Positions 28,571-39,616 of a stretch of 64,000 nt of DNA are shown here, one piece after another (position 1 is the first letter of the stretch; each line of letters begins with the position of its first letter). The position numbers and the translations under genes are program-made. The notes beneath the pieces are model-generated. The model was not told the origin of the DNA. It did no database searches and saw only the letters and a list, made by a program, of their open reading frames with translations. This stretch comes from Chloroflexota bacterium. Its GTDB lineage: Bacteria > Chloroflexota > Dehalococcoidia > Lucifugimonadales > JADFKI01. Location of the stretch: the NCBI GenBank assembly GCA_027623195.1, contig JAQBUT010000018.1, positions 1 to 64,000 on the forward strand, written 5' to 3'.

Positions 28571-28611
28571 CCTCACCCTCACCTTAATCCTCTCCCGTCG
28601 AGGGAGAAGAG
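28571..28611 (+). repeat. MITE/REP-like element CCCTCACC.TAA.CCTCTCCC..GGGAGA
   Basis: cctcaccctcaccttaatcctctcccgtcgagggagaagag with internal tctccc/gggaga hairpin. Confidence 0.5.
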
Positions 28612-28685
28612 ATTTGTCCCCAGACGCGTCGGAGTTAGGATGGGGGCGTAGCGTAACGCATTCTTATGGCTGCGCCTAACAATAT

Positions 28686-31600
28686 CTACCCGTCATAGGC
28701 GAGGTTGGAGCGGAGCCAACGCTCGGTCTCATCGACGGTCATGCCTTTACGGGCGGCGTAGTCCTCGATCTGATCTTTGCCGATGCGGCCCACGCCGAAG
28801 TAGTGCGACCCAGGGTGCCCGAAGTAGAAGCCGCTTACCGTAGCCGCGGGCATCATGGCAAAGTTTTCCGTTAGCGTAACGCCGACGCTGCTTTCCACAT
28901 CCAACAGGTCGAACAGGGCACGCTTCTCCGTATGGTCAGGGCATGCGGGATAGCCGGGGGCCGGGCGAATGCCCTGGTAACTTTCTTTGATTAGATCGCC
29001 GTTATCCAGCTTCTCGTCGGCGGCGTAGCCCCAAAGCTCGTGGCGCACACGTTCGTGCATGCGCTCTGCGAATGCCTCGGCCAGCCTGTCTGCCAGCGCC
29101 TTGGCCAAAATGCTGCTGTAGTCGTCGTGGTCCTGCTCCAGCGTGCGCACGAACTCGTCCAGGCCAATGCCCGCGGTGACAACAAACAGACCTATGTGGT
29201 CTGCCACGCCCGTCTCTTTCGGAGCAACAAAATCGGATAGGCAATAGTTGCCCCCACGGAAGGCCTCTCGCAGCCTCGATTTGTCGTTTTGCTGTCTCAA
29301 AAAGTGAAGTTTCTTGGATTGGGACAGGCGGTCCTCGTTTTGATATAGCTGGACGTCGTCCCCCTCACCGTCAGCAGGGTAGAAGCCGACGACGGCCTTG
29401 GCAGTGAGAATCTTTTCGTCGATCATACGGCGGAGCATGGCCTGCGCGTCGGTGTAGAGGCTTGTGGCCTCCTTGCCGTAAATTGGGTTAATGAGAATGT
29501 CGGGAAAGCGGCCACGCAACTCCCACGCCTGGAAGAAAGGCGACCAGTCGATGTGGCCTAGCAACTCCTCCAGCGGATAGTCGTCGAATACTTTATTCCC
29601 AATGAAGGTAGGGGCGGGCGCCACCGTACCGGCCCAATCGAAGGTCTCTCTGCGGCTGCGTGCGGCGGCTAGGGATAGCAGCACGGGAGCCGAGTTACGA
29701 TCCGCCCTGGAAATCCGGACCGCCTCGTACTCATCCTTGAACTTCTTTATGTAATCGTCCCTGGTTTCCTCCCGCAGAAGCTCCCCCACGACGCCTACGG
29801 CGCGCGATGCGTCTTTGACATGTATGACGCCGTTGGGGTATTCAGGGTCGACCTTAACGGCGGTGTGAGCGACAGAGGTAGTGGCTCCGCCGATAAGCAG
29901 GGGTATGTTCAACTCCTGACGCTTCATCTCTTTGGCGACTGTCACCATTTCATCAAGGGACGGGGTAATAAGCCCGCTAAGGCCGATAATGTCCGCGCCC
30001 TCTTCGGCAGCGGTATCCAGTATTTTTTGGAAAGGCACCATGACCCCCAGGTCTATGATGTCGTAGTTATTGCAGGCCAAGACTACGCCTACGATGTTTT
30101 TCCCGATATCGTGAACGTCGCCCTTGACGGTGGCCATAACTATCTTGCCCTTTGACGAGACGCTACGGGAAGCTGTCTTTTCGTCCTCGATAAACGGCAC
30201 AAGGTGGGCGACGGCCTTCTTCATAACGCGAGCGCTTTTAACCACCTGTGGAAGGAACATCTTGCCGGAGCCGAAGAGGTCGCCGACGACGTTCATGCCG
30301 TCCATGAGCGGGCCTTCGATAACGTGAATGGGACGCTCCGCAGACTGGCGGGCCTCTTCCACGTCTTCCACTACGAAGTCATCAATGCCTTTTATAAGGG
30401 CGTGCTTAAGCCGCTCTTCCACGGACTCCAGTCGCCAGGAATCATCGACAACTCGCTCCTGTGCATCGCCCCGGAAGGATTCTGCAATTTCCAGCAACCT
30501 CTCGGTAGCATCGTCGCTGCGATTGAGGACTACATCCTCCACGATGTCACGAAGGTCCTTGGGAATCTCTTCATACACGGCAAGCTGGCCCGCGTTCACG
30601 ATGCCCATGTCCATCCCGGCCTGGGTTGCGTGGTACAGGAAGACGGAGTGAATGGCCTCCCGTACCCTGTCGTTGCCTCGGAATGAGAAGGATACGTTGC
30701 TGACGCCTCCGCTGATGTGCGACCGAGGGAAGCGCTCCTTGAGTTGCCGGCAAGCCTCGATGAAATTTACGGCGTAGGGGTTATGCTCCTCGATACCGGT
30801 GGCTACTGCGAATATGTTTGGGTCGAAGATTATGTCCTCTGGCTGGAAATCCAACTCGTCCACCAAAATGCGGTAGGCGCGGGCGCTAATCTCCACCTTG
30901 CGCTCGATGGTGTCGGCCTGACCTTCCTCATCGAAGGCCATGACGATGACTGCCGCGCCGTACCGTCGGACCAGCATGGCCTGATGGCGGAATGGCTCCT
31001 CACCCTCTTTCAAGGAGATGGAGTTGACGACGCACTTTCCTTGCGAGGCCTTCAACCCTTCCACGATGACGCTGAATCGAGAGCTGTCAATCATGAGCGG
31101 GACCCGAGAGATGTCTGGCTCGGAGGCGACAAGGTTAACGAAGCGCCGCATGGCATCTTCAGAGTCCAGTAGGCCTTCGTCCATGTTGATGTCGATGATC
31201 TGCGCACCGTCTTCCACCTGCTGGCGAGCTACGGTTAGCGCCTCTTCGTACTTCTCCTGGCGGATGAGACGCCGAAAGCGGGCCGAGCCTGTGACGTTGG
31301 TGCGCTCGCCCACGTTGATGAAGTTGGACTCCGGACGTATCTCCAGCTTTTCCAGGCCGCTGAGAAGAGTGTTGCCGACGGAATCGGGGCGCTTTCGAGG
31401 CGATAGGCCTTGGACCGCCTCAGCTATAGCCCTGGTGTGCGCAGGTGTGGACCCGCAACAGGAGCCAACGATGTTTACCAGCCCGCCCTGCACGTAGCCA
31501 GCGGCTTGTGAGGCCATGTATTCGGGTGTCTCGTCGTACTCCCCAAACTCGTTAGGAAGGCCCGCGTTGGGGTGCGTGCTGACGAAGAACTGGGAAATAG

Positions 31601-32420
31601 GCGCCAGGTCTCGCAAGTACTGCCCCATCTCACGACTGCCCAGGGCGCAGTTAATGCCCACGCTGAGCAGAGGCAGGTGTGACACAGAGGCGTAGAATGC
31701 CTCAATGGTCTGGCCTGTAAGGGTTCGGCCGCTGGCGTCGGTGATCGTGCCCGATACCATTATCGGAACTCGCACGCCAATCTCTTCGAATAGCTGGTCG
31801 ATGGCGAACAGGGCGGCCTTGGCATTCAGAGTATCGAATGCCGTTTCAATCATGAGGATGTGGGCCCCGCCATCCAGGAGTGCGCGGGCGTTCTCTGTGT
31901 ACGCTTCCACCAGTTCGTCGAAGGTTATGTTGCGGTAGCTGGGGTCGTTAACGTCTGGCGAAATGGACGCGGTGCGGTTAGTAGGCCCCAGGCAACCCAC
32001 GACGAACCGCGGCTTGTTGGGGTGCTTGGCCGTGTACTCATCGGCGACGCGCCGGGCGATTCGGGTGGCCTCAAGATTGATCTCATAAGCGAAGGACTCC
32101 AGGCCGTAGTCGGACTGCGCCACGCTGGTAGCCGTGAAGGTATTGGTGCTAAGAAAATCAGCGCCGGCCTCTGCGTACTGCCGCTGTATCTCCTCAACAA
32201 TTTGCGGTTGCGTTAGGGACAGGATGTCGTTATTGCCCTTGATATCTCGAGGGTGATCTTTGAATCGGTCGCCTCTGAACGCTTCCTCTTGCAGATCGTG
32301 CGTCTGAATCATGGTTCCCCAAGCGCCGTCCAGCACCAGGACACGCTGCTCCAGGATCTTCTCCAGTTCCAAAGTGCAGTCTACGATATTCACTTTTGCG
32401 TCTGTTCGGCTTCCAGTCAT
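28686..32420 (-). CDS. metH: Cobalamin-dependent methionine synthase
   Basis: [80 protein letters not shown]. Confidence 0.98.
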   Translation of the reverse strand: MTGSRTDAKVNIVDCTLELEKILEQRVLVLDGAWGTMIQTHDLQEEAFRGDRFKDHPRDIKGNNDILSLTQPQIVEEIQRQYAEAGADFLSTNTFTATSVAQSDYGLESFAYEINLEATRIARRVADEYTAKHPNKPRFVVGCLGPTNRTASISPDVNDPSYRNITFDELVEAYTENARALLDGGAHILMIETAFDTLNAKAALFAIDQLFEEIGVRVPIMVSGTITDASGRTLTGQTIEAFYASVSHLPLLSVGINCALGSREMGQYLRDLAPISQFFVSTHPNAGLPNEFGEYDETPEYMASQAAGYVQGGLVNIVGSCCGSTPAHTRAIAEAVQGLSPRKRPDSVGNTLLSGLEKLEIRPESNFINVGERTNVTGSARFRRLIRQEKYEEALTVARQQVEDGAQIIDINMDEGLLDSEDAMRRFVNLVASEPDISRVPLMIDSSRFSVIVEGLKASQGKCVVNSISLKEGEEPFRHQAMLVRRYGAAVIVMAFDEEGQADTIERKVEISARAYRILVDELDFQPEDIIFDPNIFAVATGIEEHNPYAVNFIEACRQLKERFPRSHISGGVSNVSFSFRGNDRVREAIHSVFLYHATQAGMDMGIVNAGQLAVYEEIPKDLRDIVEDVVLNRSDDATERLLEIAESFRGDAQERVVDDSWRLESVEERLKHALIKGIDDFVVEDVEEARQSAERPIHVIEGPLMDGMNVVGDLFGSGKMFLPQVVKSARVMKKAVAHLVPFIEDEKTASRSVSSKGKIVMATVKGDVHDIGKNIVGVVLACNNYDIIDLGVMVPFQKILDTAAEEGADIIGLSGLITPSLDEMVTVAKEMKRQELNIPLLIGGATTSVAHTAVKVDPEYPNGVIHVKDASRAVGVVGELLREETRDDYIKKFKDEYEAVRISRADRNSAPVLLSLAAARSRRETFDWAGTVAPAPTFIGNKVFDDYPLEELLGHIDWSPFFQAWELRGRFPDILINPIYGKEATSLYTDAQAMLRRMIDEKILTAKAVVGFYPADGEGDDVQLYQNEDRLSQSKKLHFLRQQNDKSRLREAFRGGNYCLSDFVAPKETGVADHIGLFVVTAGIGLDEFVRTLEQDHDDYSSILAKALADRLAEAFAERMHERVRHELWGYAADEKLDNGDLIKESYQGIRPAPGYPACPDHTEKRALFDLLDVESSVGVTLTENFAMMPAATVSGFYFGHPGSHYFGVGRIGKDQIEDYAARKGMTVDETERWLRSNLAYDG

Positions 32421-32455
32421 TAAGTCAACGGTCCTCTTAATTTAAGTGGCAAATA

Positions 32456-32516
32456 GAGCGGGTAAAAATGCATACAGGATTACATTATACCGGGTTATGC
32501 ATTGATTAACCCGCTT
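32456..32516. promoter_or_regulatory. Interrupted inverted repeat enclosing the metH -10 element
   Basis: AGCGGGT..AATGCATA ... TATGCATT..ACCCGCT; minus-strand TATAAT at 32484-32489. Confidence 0.45.
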
Positions 32517-32680
32517 TTAGCTATGTGGGGCCCAAGGGGCTATTTGGCGGAACGACTGGGATGCGGAGAGCGCTAAAGCCTGTACCCGGTGACATTGGAC
32601 GGTCCGCTGAAAGGGGCTAGCTAAGAACTAAGGCATGTACGAGCGAAGCCGAAGCTACCAAACTCGTACAGGCCCGGCGA

Positions 32681-32810
32681 TTAGAATGTCACGACCTTGT
32701 CGAAATTCATGATGGCCTCTACGGCATCTGGCGGCAGACCGAAGCCCGTGTTCTTGCCCTCAAAGTCATCCTCGGTAAGGCCTCTCGCCATTACGCTATG
32801 TCTCAGGCCG
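32681..32810 (-). pseudogene. C-terminal remnant of a DsrE/DsrF-like protein
   Basis: ARGLTEDDFEGKN..F..P...VE.I..FDKVVTF-stop; N-terminus absent. Confidence 0.5.
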
Positions 32811-32863
32811 GTTACCCTAACTATATTGATTTCCGTTCCCCTCTCTTTAGTTGACGGGCTACA

Positions 32864-33169
32864 GGCTGGCACTACATCGTGGAATGTCGGTGGAGGCAAA
32901 AACTCGCCGATGGACGCGATACGGACGGTTTGCTTGGCCCAGTAGTCCGTTCGGGATATCAAACGTTGGGGGTCTTTTTATCAATCTTGGGTTGGTCCGA
33001 CAATGTACCGGGCGTACTTAAACAGAACCCTGACAAGAAAATCATTTTGATGGACGGCGAGGATTTAGTAGCCATTCTTGAAGGGAAAATTGAACTTCAA
33101 GAATTCATGGAGGCTAAGTTGAAGCACCTCAATATAAAGGCTGAGCCGTATCTGTCATTCGGAGATTAG
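32864..33169 (+). pseudogene. C-terminal remnant of an Mrr-like (PD-(D/E)xK) restriction endonuclease
   Basis: GWHYIVECRW...GVFLSILGWS...IILMDGEDL..ILEG; in-frame TGA just upstream; AT-richer than flanks. Confidence 0.65.
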
Positions 33170-33196
33170 GAGAAACTATACAAGTAACAAGATGAC

Positions 33197-35995
33197 TCAC
33201 TCCATTTGGCCCCAAGAGTCGCCTGTCTTAAGAGCCACGTCCAGTGGCACGGCCAACTCCATGGAGGCCGGCATTAGCTCGTTGACCATCTCACGCATCT
33301 GTTGCAGCTCCTCACGCGGCACCTCGAAGATCAGCTCGTCGTGGACCTGAATGATCATCTTGGAGCGCAGGCCCTTCTCTTCCAGGCGGTCCTGAATGGC
33401 TATCATGGCAATCTTGATTATGTCGGCAGCAGTACCCTGAATCGGCATGTTGATGGCCATACGCTCACCAGCGTTCCGAATGTTGCCATTCGTGGAACGA
33501 ACCTCGGGAATGTAGCGTCGGCGGCCCAGCAGGGTTTCTACATACCCATCCGCTTTGACCTTCTCCTTCGTCCTATCAATGTAGGTGCGAATGCCGGGGT
33601 AGCTTCCAAAGTAGGTCTCGATGAAGCGCTGGCCTTCTTCCGCGCTCAGGCCCGTCTGCTGACGTATGCCGAAGGCGCTCAGGCCGTACAGCACGCCGAA
33701 GTTCATGATCTTGGCTATGCGCCGCATGTCTGATGTCACGCCGTCTATTGGCACGTCGAACACAGAAGATGCCGTGGCGGCGTGGATGTCCTCACCCCTA
33801 TGAAACGCGGCCAGCAGCCGCTCGTCCTCGGACATGTGCGCCAGTATTCGCAGCTCAATCTGCGAGTAGTCGGCGGCCAGCAGCGTCCACGCCGGAGCGT
33901 TCTCCGCGACAAAGGCGTTGCGGACTTTGCGGCCCAACTCCGTGCGCACAGGTATGTTCTGCACGTTGGGTTCGTTGCTGGATAGGCGACCGGTGGCAGA
34001 GCCTGTCTGGTTATAACTAGTGTGAATTCGGCCCGTCTTTGGATTAACAAGGTTGGGCAGAGCATCCACATACGTCGACTTTATCTTGGATAGCTGGCGG
34101 TACTCCAAAACGTGGTCCAGCACCTCGTATGACTTGGGGTCAACGCCCTCGCTTTTTCCCAGGTCCAGCATTTCTTTGAGGCCCTCCAACGCCGCCGCGT
34201 CCGTGGAATAGCCTTTCTGGGTGCGACGGGTAACGGGCAGTCGTAGCTCGTTAAACAAGACGTCGCCCAACTGCTGTGAGGAATTTATATTGAACTCGTG
34301 GCCCACCACCTGGTACATGTTGTGCTGAATTTCGCCTAACTGCGCGCCCAATTCCTCGGACATATCAGCCAGCATATTGGAGTCGATGGTCACGCCGGTG
34401 CGTTGCATGTCCACCAACACGGGCACCAACGGCATCTCCACAGTGTCGAAGAGTTTCCGCACGTCCTTCTGCGCAAGCTCCTCTTCGAATATGGACATCA
34501 GCCGGTGGGTCATGTCCGCGTCGGCAGTGGCGTAATCGGCGGCCTTCTGGATTTCGACCTTGTCCATCGTGATCTTCTTACGGCCTGTGCCCATAAGTTC
34601 GCTGATCTCGGTCATCTCCTCGTGCAGGCACTCCAGGGCCAGTGCCTTGAGTCCAATGACCTTTCTTCCGCTAACGTGAGCGGCCAGCATGGTGTCAAAC
34701 GTGACGTTCTGCACCTTAATGTCATAATTCGCCAGAATCATCAGGTCGTAGTTGGCGTTGTGAGCGGCCTTGGCAATCTCATGGCTTTCGAATATCGGAC
34801 GAAGCTTGTCCAGTACCTGCTGCATGGGGACCTGGGTACCCTCTTCGTGGCCCACCGGCACGTACCAGCCCTTAGCATCCTCGATGGAAAAGGACAAGCC
34901 AACTAGTTCGGCCTGCATGGCGTTCAGAGAGGTGGTCTCTGTATCAAAGGCAAAGATGTCCGCAGCTGAGAGGCTGGTTATCATCTCATCCAGCGCAGCC
35001 CCTGTGTCCACCAGCGTATATTCCGTGGGAACGCGCTCCTCTTCGGCCATGGCCATAAGCTCCAACTGCTCACCATTGTCGCTGTTGGCGCCGTCTGCCG
35101 GAATGCGATTCACCATGCTGAAGAACTCAAGCTCACGCATGAGGTCGACAACCTCTGCCCGATCGTAATTGCCGAAGCGGGCGGCCTCCAGGTCCAGGGT
35201 GACCGGGGCGTCTCGGCGAATAGTGGTTAGCATCTTGCACTGGAAGGCCAGGTCTTTGTTTTCGCGCAGGGATTTCTGCACACTGGGAGGCGTAACCTCG
35301 TCGATGTGGTCATAAATACCCTGAACGCTACCGTGAGCCGTGAGCAGCCTTATGGCGCTCTTCGCACCGACCTTAGGGACACCCGGTATGTTATCTGACG
35401 TGTCGCCCTGCAAGGCCTTGATCTCTGCCACGTACTCCGGACCCAGGCCCTCGTAGCGTTCCTTTACAGCCGTGGCGTCGTAGACGTTGGTCCTGTTGGC
35501 GTTGGCCGAAAGCAGCACCCGTACCCAGGGCGACACCAACTGCAAGATGTCGCTGTCCCCTGTGAGGATCAGTGTCTCGATTTCGCTCTCTTCCGCCTGC
35601 ATAGCCAGGGTCCCCAAAATGTCATCGGCCTCGAAGCCCTCCAACTCCAAAATAGGAATCTTGAAGGACTCAACGACTTGGCGGACACGCCCGAACTGGC
35701 CCCGAAGCTCTGGCGGAGTAGGAGGACGGTGCGCTTTGTACGCTGCGAACGCCTTATGCCGAAAGGTTGGCGCAGATACGTCGAAGGTCACGATGCAGTG
35801 GGTAGGACTCCACTCGCTTATCGTCCGCAGCAACGTGTTGAGGAAGCCATAAACGGCCGTGACCTCTTCGCCGGTGGCGCGAACGTTCAGCGGATCGCGA
35901 AAGGCGTGGAAGGCCCGATGAACCAGGGCATGACCGTCAATCAGGATCAGCAAGGGCTTCTCTTTGAACATGGATTTTGTAGTGCCGGTGGTCAT
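33197..35995 (-). CDS. polA: DNA polymerase I
   Basis: LIDGHALVHRAFHA, EADD, GDTSDNIPGV; 3'-5' exo motifs DTET/HNANYD/YATAD; ATGRLSS, ADYSQIELR, AKIMNFGVLYG, QVHDEL; start ATG 35995. Confidence 0.98.
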   Translation of the reverse strand: MTTGTTKSMFKEKPLLILIDGHALVHRAFHAFRDPLNVRATGEEVTAVYGFLNTLLRTISEWSPTHCIVTFDVSAPTFRHKAFAAYKAHRPPTPPELRGQFGRVRQVVESFKIPILELEGFEADDILGTLAMQAEESEIETLILTGDSDILQLVSPWVRVLLSANANRTNVYDATAVKERYEGLGPEYVAEIKALQGDTSDNIPGVPKVGAKSAIRLLTAHGSVQGIYDHIDEVTPPSVQKSLRENKDLAFQCKMLTTIRRDAPVTLDLEAARFGNYDRAEVVDLMRELEFFSMVNRIPADGANSDNGEQLELMAMAEEERVPTEYTLVDTGAALDEMITSLSAADIFAFDTETTSLNAMQAELVGLSFSIEDAKGWYVPVGHEEGTQVPMQQVLDKLRPIFESHEIAKAAHNANYDLMILANYDIKVQNVTFDTMLAAHVSGRKVIGLKALALECLHEEMTEISELMGTGRKKITMDKVEIQKAADYATADADMTHRLMSIFEEELAQKDVRKLFDTVEMPLVPVLVDMQRTGVTIDSNMLADMSEELGAQLGEIQHNMYQVVGHEFNINSSQQLGDVLFNELRLPVTRRTQKGYSTDAAALEGLKEMLDLGKSEGVDPKSYEVLDHVLEYRQLSKIKSTYVDALPNLVNPKTGRIHTSYNQTGSATGRLSSNEPNVQNIPVRTELGRKVRNAFVAENAPAWTLLAADYSQIELRILAHMSEDERLLAAFHRGEDIHAATASSVFDVPIDGVTSDMRRIAKIMNFGVLYGLSAFGIRQQTGLSAEEGQRFIETYFGSYPGIRTYIDRTKEKVKADGYVETLLGRRRYIPEVRSTNGNIRNAGERMAINMPIQGTAADIIKIAMIAIQDRLEEKGLRSKMIIQVHDELIFEVPREELQQMREMVNELMPASMELAVPLDVALKTGDSWGQME

Positions 35996-36108
35996 AGCGC
36001 TCACCTGTGGATGTGGTTTGGGGTGGGAAATTTTATCAAAATCCTAAATGTACAAGGGGATTATACATCGCGCGGGCAAACTGGTCGGCGTGCCTTATTA
36101 CGGCATCG

Positions 36109-37368
36109 TCAAAGCTTCAATTGCCGGAACGTTGGCCGGTAGATCCCAAGCCAAAAGACCATGGCCAACATCATGAGAGCGCTGCCCGCCATGGCGGTAT
36201 GCCACCCCAGGTATTCTGCAGCCAGGCTTATCGGAAATGCCCCGACGAATTGGGTTGCCGCTCCGACCAGCCACTGACTCATCATCCGGCCTCGGAGTTC
36301 CATAGGTGTGGACAGTTGAAAAATTGTGGTACCCATGGAAATGAAGCCGGTGAAGCCTATCCCGGCAATTAGCAAGATGATGAAGGAAAGGACATATATG
36401 GGTGACAACGAGTAAAAGAAAAGCATCACTCCAAATAGGGTTATCATTCCGATGAGCAGGGCGCTCTTGTGCCGGGTGTTGCCTAGAGAGGCCATGTACA
36501 TACTGCCAAAAAGCGAGCCGATCCCGCTGGCTGAGATTAGCCAGCCCGCACCACTGGCGTTTACCCTCAGCACATCTTTGGCGAAAGCGGGCAACACCTG
36601 GATGTAGGCTGCGCCGAAAAAACCAAAGGCAAAGCTCAGGCCCACCAGCGAATAGGCAATAGGCGTAACGGCGGTATACCGTACTCCCTCCCAAAGACCT
36701 ATGAGCAGGTTCCCGTGGTTGCGGGCAGTCTTTGAGGGCACACCGCTCATCATCAGCAAAAACAACACGCCCATAGCATAAAGCGCAGCGTTGATAAACA
36801 GGGCATGGCCTAGTCCAACATAATCGATTATCCCGCCGGCAATCGACGGCCCAATGATGCGACCGGTGTTGAAGACCGCCATGTTCAATGATGTGGCATT
36901 GAGGATGTCCTCCCTGGGCACAAGGTCGGCAACGATAGAGATGCGGGCGGGCATGTTGATTCCCTGAATGACGCCCAAGACCAGGGCTATCCCATATATG
37001 TGCCATATGGAAATGAGTTGTAGCAAGGTCAACGTCGCAGCTAGCAGTACAAGTGCAGTCACCGCCATCTGCGAGTACACCAGCATTAAACGACGGTCGA
37101 CGCGGTCGGCAAAGATGCCACCGAATAAGAGCATGGACAGGTTGGGCAAGCCATACAGGAATATCACGAGCCCGAGTTGCGAGGCCGAGTTGGTTAACTG
37201 CAGCACCAGCCAACCCAGGATAAGGAACTGCATGCCCACAGCCATGGCCTGACCCAGCCCGGACAACCAGTAAAGGCGGTAGTTACGATGTCGCAACGCG
37301 CTAATTGCCTGAAAGCGCGTTCCTACTGCAGCGGACTGTGCGGACAAACCTTCTCCCTTGGCGATCAA
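36109..37368 (-). CDS. MFS transporter (DHA3/macrolide-efflux-like)
   Basis: ALRHRNYRLYW, GGIFADRVDRR, RIIGPSIAG, LRGRMM; about 12 TM. Confidence 0.85.
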   Translation of the reverse strand: MIAKGEGLSAQSAAVGTRFQAISALRHRNYRLYWLSGLGQAMAVGMQFLILGWLVLQLTNSASQLGLVIFLYGLPNLSMLLFGGIFADRVDRRLMLVYSQMAVTALVLLAATLTLLQLISIWHIYGIALVLGVIQGINMPARISIVADLVPREDILNATSLNMAVFNTGRIIGPSIAGGIIDYVGLGHALFINAALYAMGVLFLLMMSGVPSKTARNHGNLLIGLWEGVRYTAVTPIAYSLVGLSFAFGFFGAAYIQVLPAFAKDVLRVNASGAGWLISASGIGSLFGSMYMASLGNTRHKSALLIGMITLFGVMLFFYSLSPIYVLSFIILLIAGIGFTGFISMGTTIFQLSTPMELRGRMMSQWLVGAATQFVGAFPISLAAEYLGWHTAMAGSALMMLAMVFWLGIYRPTFRQLKL

Positions 37369-37554
37369 ACTGGCCTATTAAGGCCGCATTCTACGGGGAG
37401 CTAAAAGAATGCTCAATCACCCTTTGTGGCAACTTTTCTCCAGATGAACATTTAAACCGAGGTTTGCCGTATCGGGCGTGCAGGTTCCGTTGCTATCCCA
37501 TTAACCCGATGTTAGACTTGATTATCGAACTTGGGAGCCTCGGGTAGAAGATCA

Positions 37555-38865
37555 ATGGCTGAGAATATTAAAGGCAACAAGTTGTTCTACGGCTGGCTGA
37601 TAGTTGCCGTGGGATTCTTCACGCTATTCCTGGCAACGGGCGCCCGAAATGCTTTCGGCGTATTCGTAATCCCCATGAGCGAAGAGTTGGAGTGGACGCG
37701 AAGCCAGGTGTCCGCAGCCGGAGCCATTGGCATTTTGATGAATGGCCTGACGCAACCTTTCTTGGGTCGCCTCTACGACAAGTTTGGCGGGCGCGTAGTA
37801 ATCTCCATCAGTCTTGCCGTCCTGGGCATATCCACTATGCTCATGAGCCAGATCAACAGCATCTGGGTGCTGATAGGGTTGTTTGGTTTCGTAAGCTCAA
37901 CTGCGTTGAGTGGCGCATCGCTGGTGACGGTGCACGCAATGATAGCCCGATGGTTCTACCGCAGGCGAGGCATGGCGTTGAGTCTGTGTAGCGCGGGGCC
38001 GTCGGCGGGCGCCCTTATCCTTGTGCCCCTTGCCACCTATCTGATCATAACGGCCAATTGGCGTGTGGCATGGTTCGTATTGGGAGCCTTCATCTTTTTC
38101 CTGGCCTTGCCGCTGGCACTACTTATTTTCCGAAACAATCCAGGGGATATAGGCGAGATACCCGAAGGTCGGATTAGCGCCGCGACCAAGGGCAATACTT
38201 CAGGTGCTTCTAACCAACCAGAGCCGCCATTGGCTACCCAGACCTGGACCGATTCATTGAGGTCGCCGCCTATCTGGCAGCTATCGGGTGCCTACTTTGT
38301 CTGCGGCATGACAACCCTAATCATTTCCTTCCACTACGTGCCGTTCGCCTTGGACCGGGGTACGTCGCCGGGAGAGGCGGCGGCAGCATTTGGACTCATG
38401 GGCGGACTGAATATAGTAGGCGTGATAATTATCGGCTTCCTGGCTGATAAGTTCAGTCGTAAGAACCTTTTGGGCACTGTATACGCCATCCGTTTCACCG
38501 CATACGTGATGCTGGTAACGTTGCCCGGGTCCGTCGGCATATGGGGATTCGCAATTCTGGCGGGCCTTTCCTGGGTGGCCACCCCTCCGTTGACGACATC
38601 GCTAACCGCTGACATTTACGGATTGAGAAATTTGGGAACCCTGGGCGGCGTTTCCACTTTCGCCCACCAGATAGGCGGAGCCATAAGCGTCTTGATGGCG
38701 GGCTTCCTGTACGACAGGTTGGGCGCGTACGAAATTCCGTTTGCCCTGGCTGGGGCCATGCTGATAATAGCCAGTATCGCCAGCTTCAGTATCAAGGAGC
38801 GCCGCTATTCCATCAGGTACCAGCCGACGTTAGCAGCGGCCACTGGGACGGGAGACGGCAATTGA
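37555..38865 (+). CDS. MFS transporter (OFA/MCT-like)
   Basis: FYGWLIV, FGVF..PM, GRLYDKFGGR, RWFYRRRGMAL, GFLADKFSRK; start ATG 37555. Confidence 0.88.
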   Translation: MAENIKGNKLFYGWLIVAVGFFTLFLATGARNAFGVFVIPMSEELEWTRSQVSAAGAIGILMNGLTQPFLGRLYDKFGGRVVISISLAVLGISTMLMSQINSIWVLIGLFGFVSSTALSGASLVTVHAMIARWFYRRRGMALSLCSAGPSAGALILVPLATYLIITANWRVAWFVLGAFIFFLALPLALLIFRNNPGDIGEIPEGRISAATKGNTSGASNQPEPPLATQTWTDSLRSPPIWQLSGAYFVCGMTTLIISFHYVPFALDRGTSPGEAAAAFGLMGGLNIVGVIIIGFLADKFSRKNLLGTVYAIRFTAYVMLVTLPGSVGIWGFAILAGLSWVATPPLTTSLTADIYGLRNLGTLGGVSTFAHQIGGAISVLMAGFLYDRLGAYEIPFALAGAMLIIASIASFSIKERRYSIRYQPTLAAATGTGDGN

Positions 38866-39062
38866 TTCCGCTAACGATTTTCGCCCACCATTCGGAGCCT
38901 GGCGACCCCATCCTGCTGGGGTGGATCAAGGACCAGATAGACTCGATACTCGGCCTTGGGCCGGAAACCATCGTTATCGGGCTGGGCCTGGTGGTGCTTG
39001 CAATGCCTGTCGCAATAATGACGGTTTACCTGACTCAAAGGGCGAAACACCGCAGACTTTAG
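38862..39062 (+). CDS. Small membrane protein, overlapping the MFS stop
   Basis: TTGA overlap, GGGAG SD, one C-terminal TM plus basic tail. Confidence 0.55.
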   Translation: MIPLTIFAHHSEPGDPILLGWIKDQIDSILGLGPETIVIGLGLVVLAMPVAIMTVYLTQRAKHRRL

Positions 39063-39171
39063 AGTCTTGATCGAGTATTATGCTTGTAAAACAGCGTGGT
39101 GACTTCCGGTAAACGTCAAGGATTTCCTGGTCGCTACTACGACTCCAGATGCGGGCAACAGGAGGCCAATA

Positions 39172-39615
39172 ATGACGCACCTAGTCTTCAACTACGAGAT
39201 CAGCATCAACGCCGATCAGCAAAAGGTGTTCGACTACGTATCCGATTTTACTAAGCACGGGGAGTGGACTGACGGACTTCGCATGGAGGCCGTTTCGGAT
39301 GGGCCAGTCGCCGTAGGAAGCGAGTACAAGTCGATAGGAAAGCAAATGGGAAAGGATATTCAGAACGATGTCAAGATTACGGCCTACAATGCTCCTAGTC
39401 GAATAAGCTTCCTGGCCACAGACGCAAAGGGTTTCCCATTTCATGGGGGCATAACGCTCGAGCCACAAGGCGATCACACGCTGTTGAAGCGCCATGTGGA
39501 GGTCGACCTCAATCCCGTAATGGCTATTATGTTCAAGGCCCTAATAGGGCCGTTAGTGGCCCATCCCAGCATGAATAAGACGCTTCGCAACTTGAAAGCC
39601 CAGCTAGAATCCTAA
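39172..39615 (+). CDS. SRPBCC/polyketide-cyclase family protein
   Basis: ISINADQQKVFDYVSDF..H.EW, GPVAVGS, LRNLKAQLE; AGGAGG SD. Confidence 0.85.
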   Translation: MTHLVFNYEISINADQQKVFDYVSDFTKHGEWTDGLRMEAVSDGPVAVGSEYKSIGKQMGKDIQNDVKITAYNAPSRISFLATDAKGFPFHGGITLEPQGDHTLLKRHVEVDLNPVMAIMFKALIGPLVAHPSMNKTLRNLKAQLES

Positions 39616-39616
39616 G

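Noticed and set aside
32420..32680. SAM or cobalamin riboswitch upstream of metH
   Set aside because: No recognisable consensus (SAM-I ATC...GAT core, B12 box) by eye; a cmscan would be needed
32811..32962. N-terminal part of the 93-aa minus ORF as a full DsrE protein
   Set aside because: Most of this stretch is the antisense of the restriction-nuclease remnant
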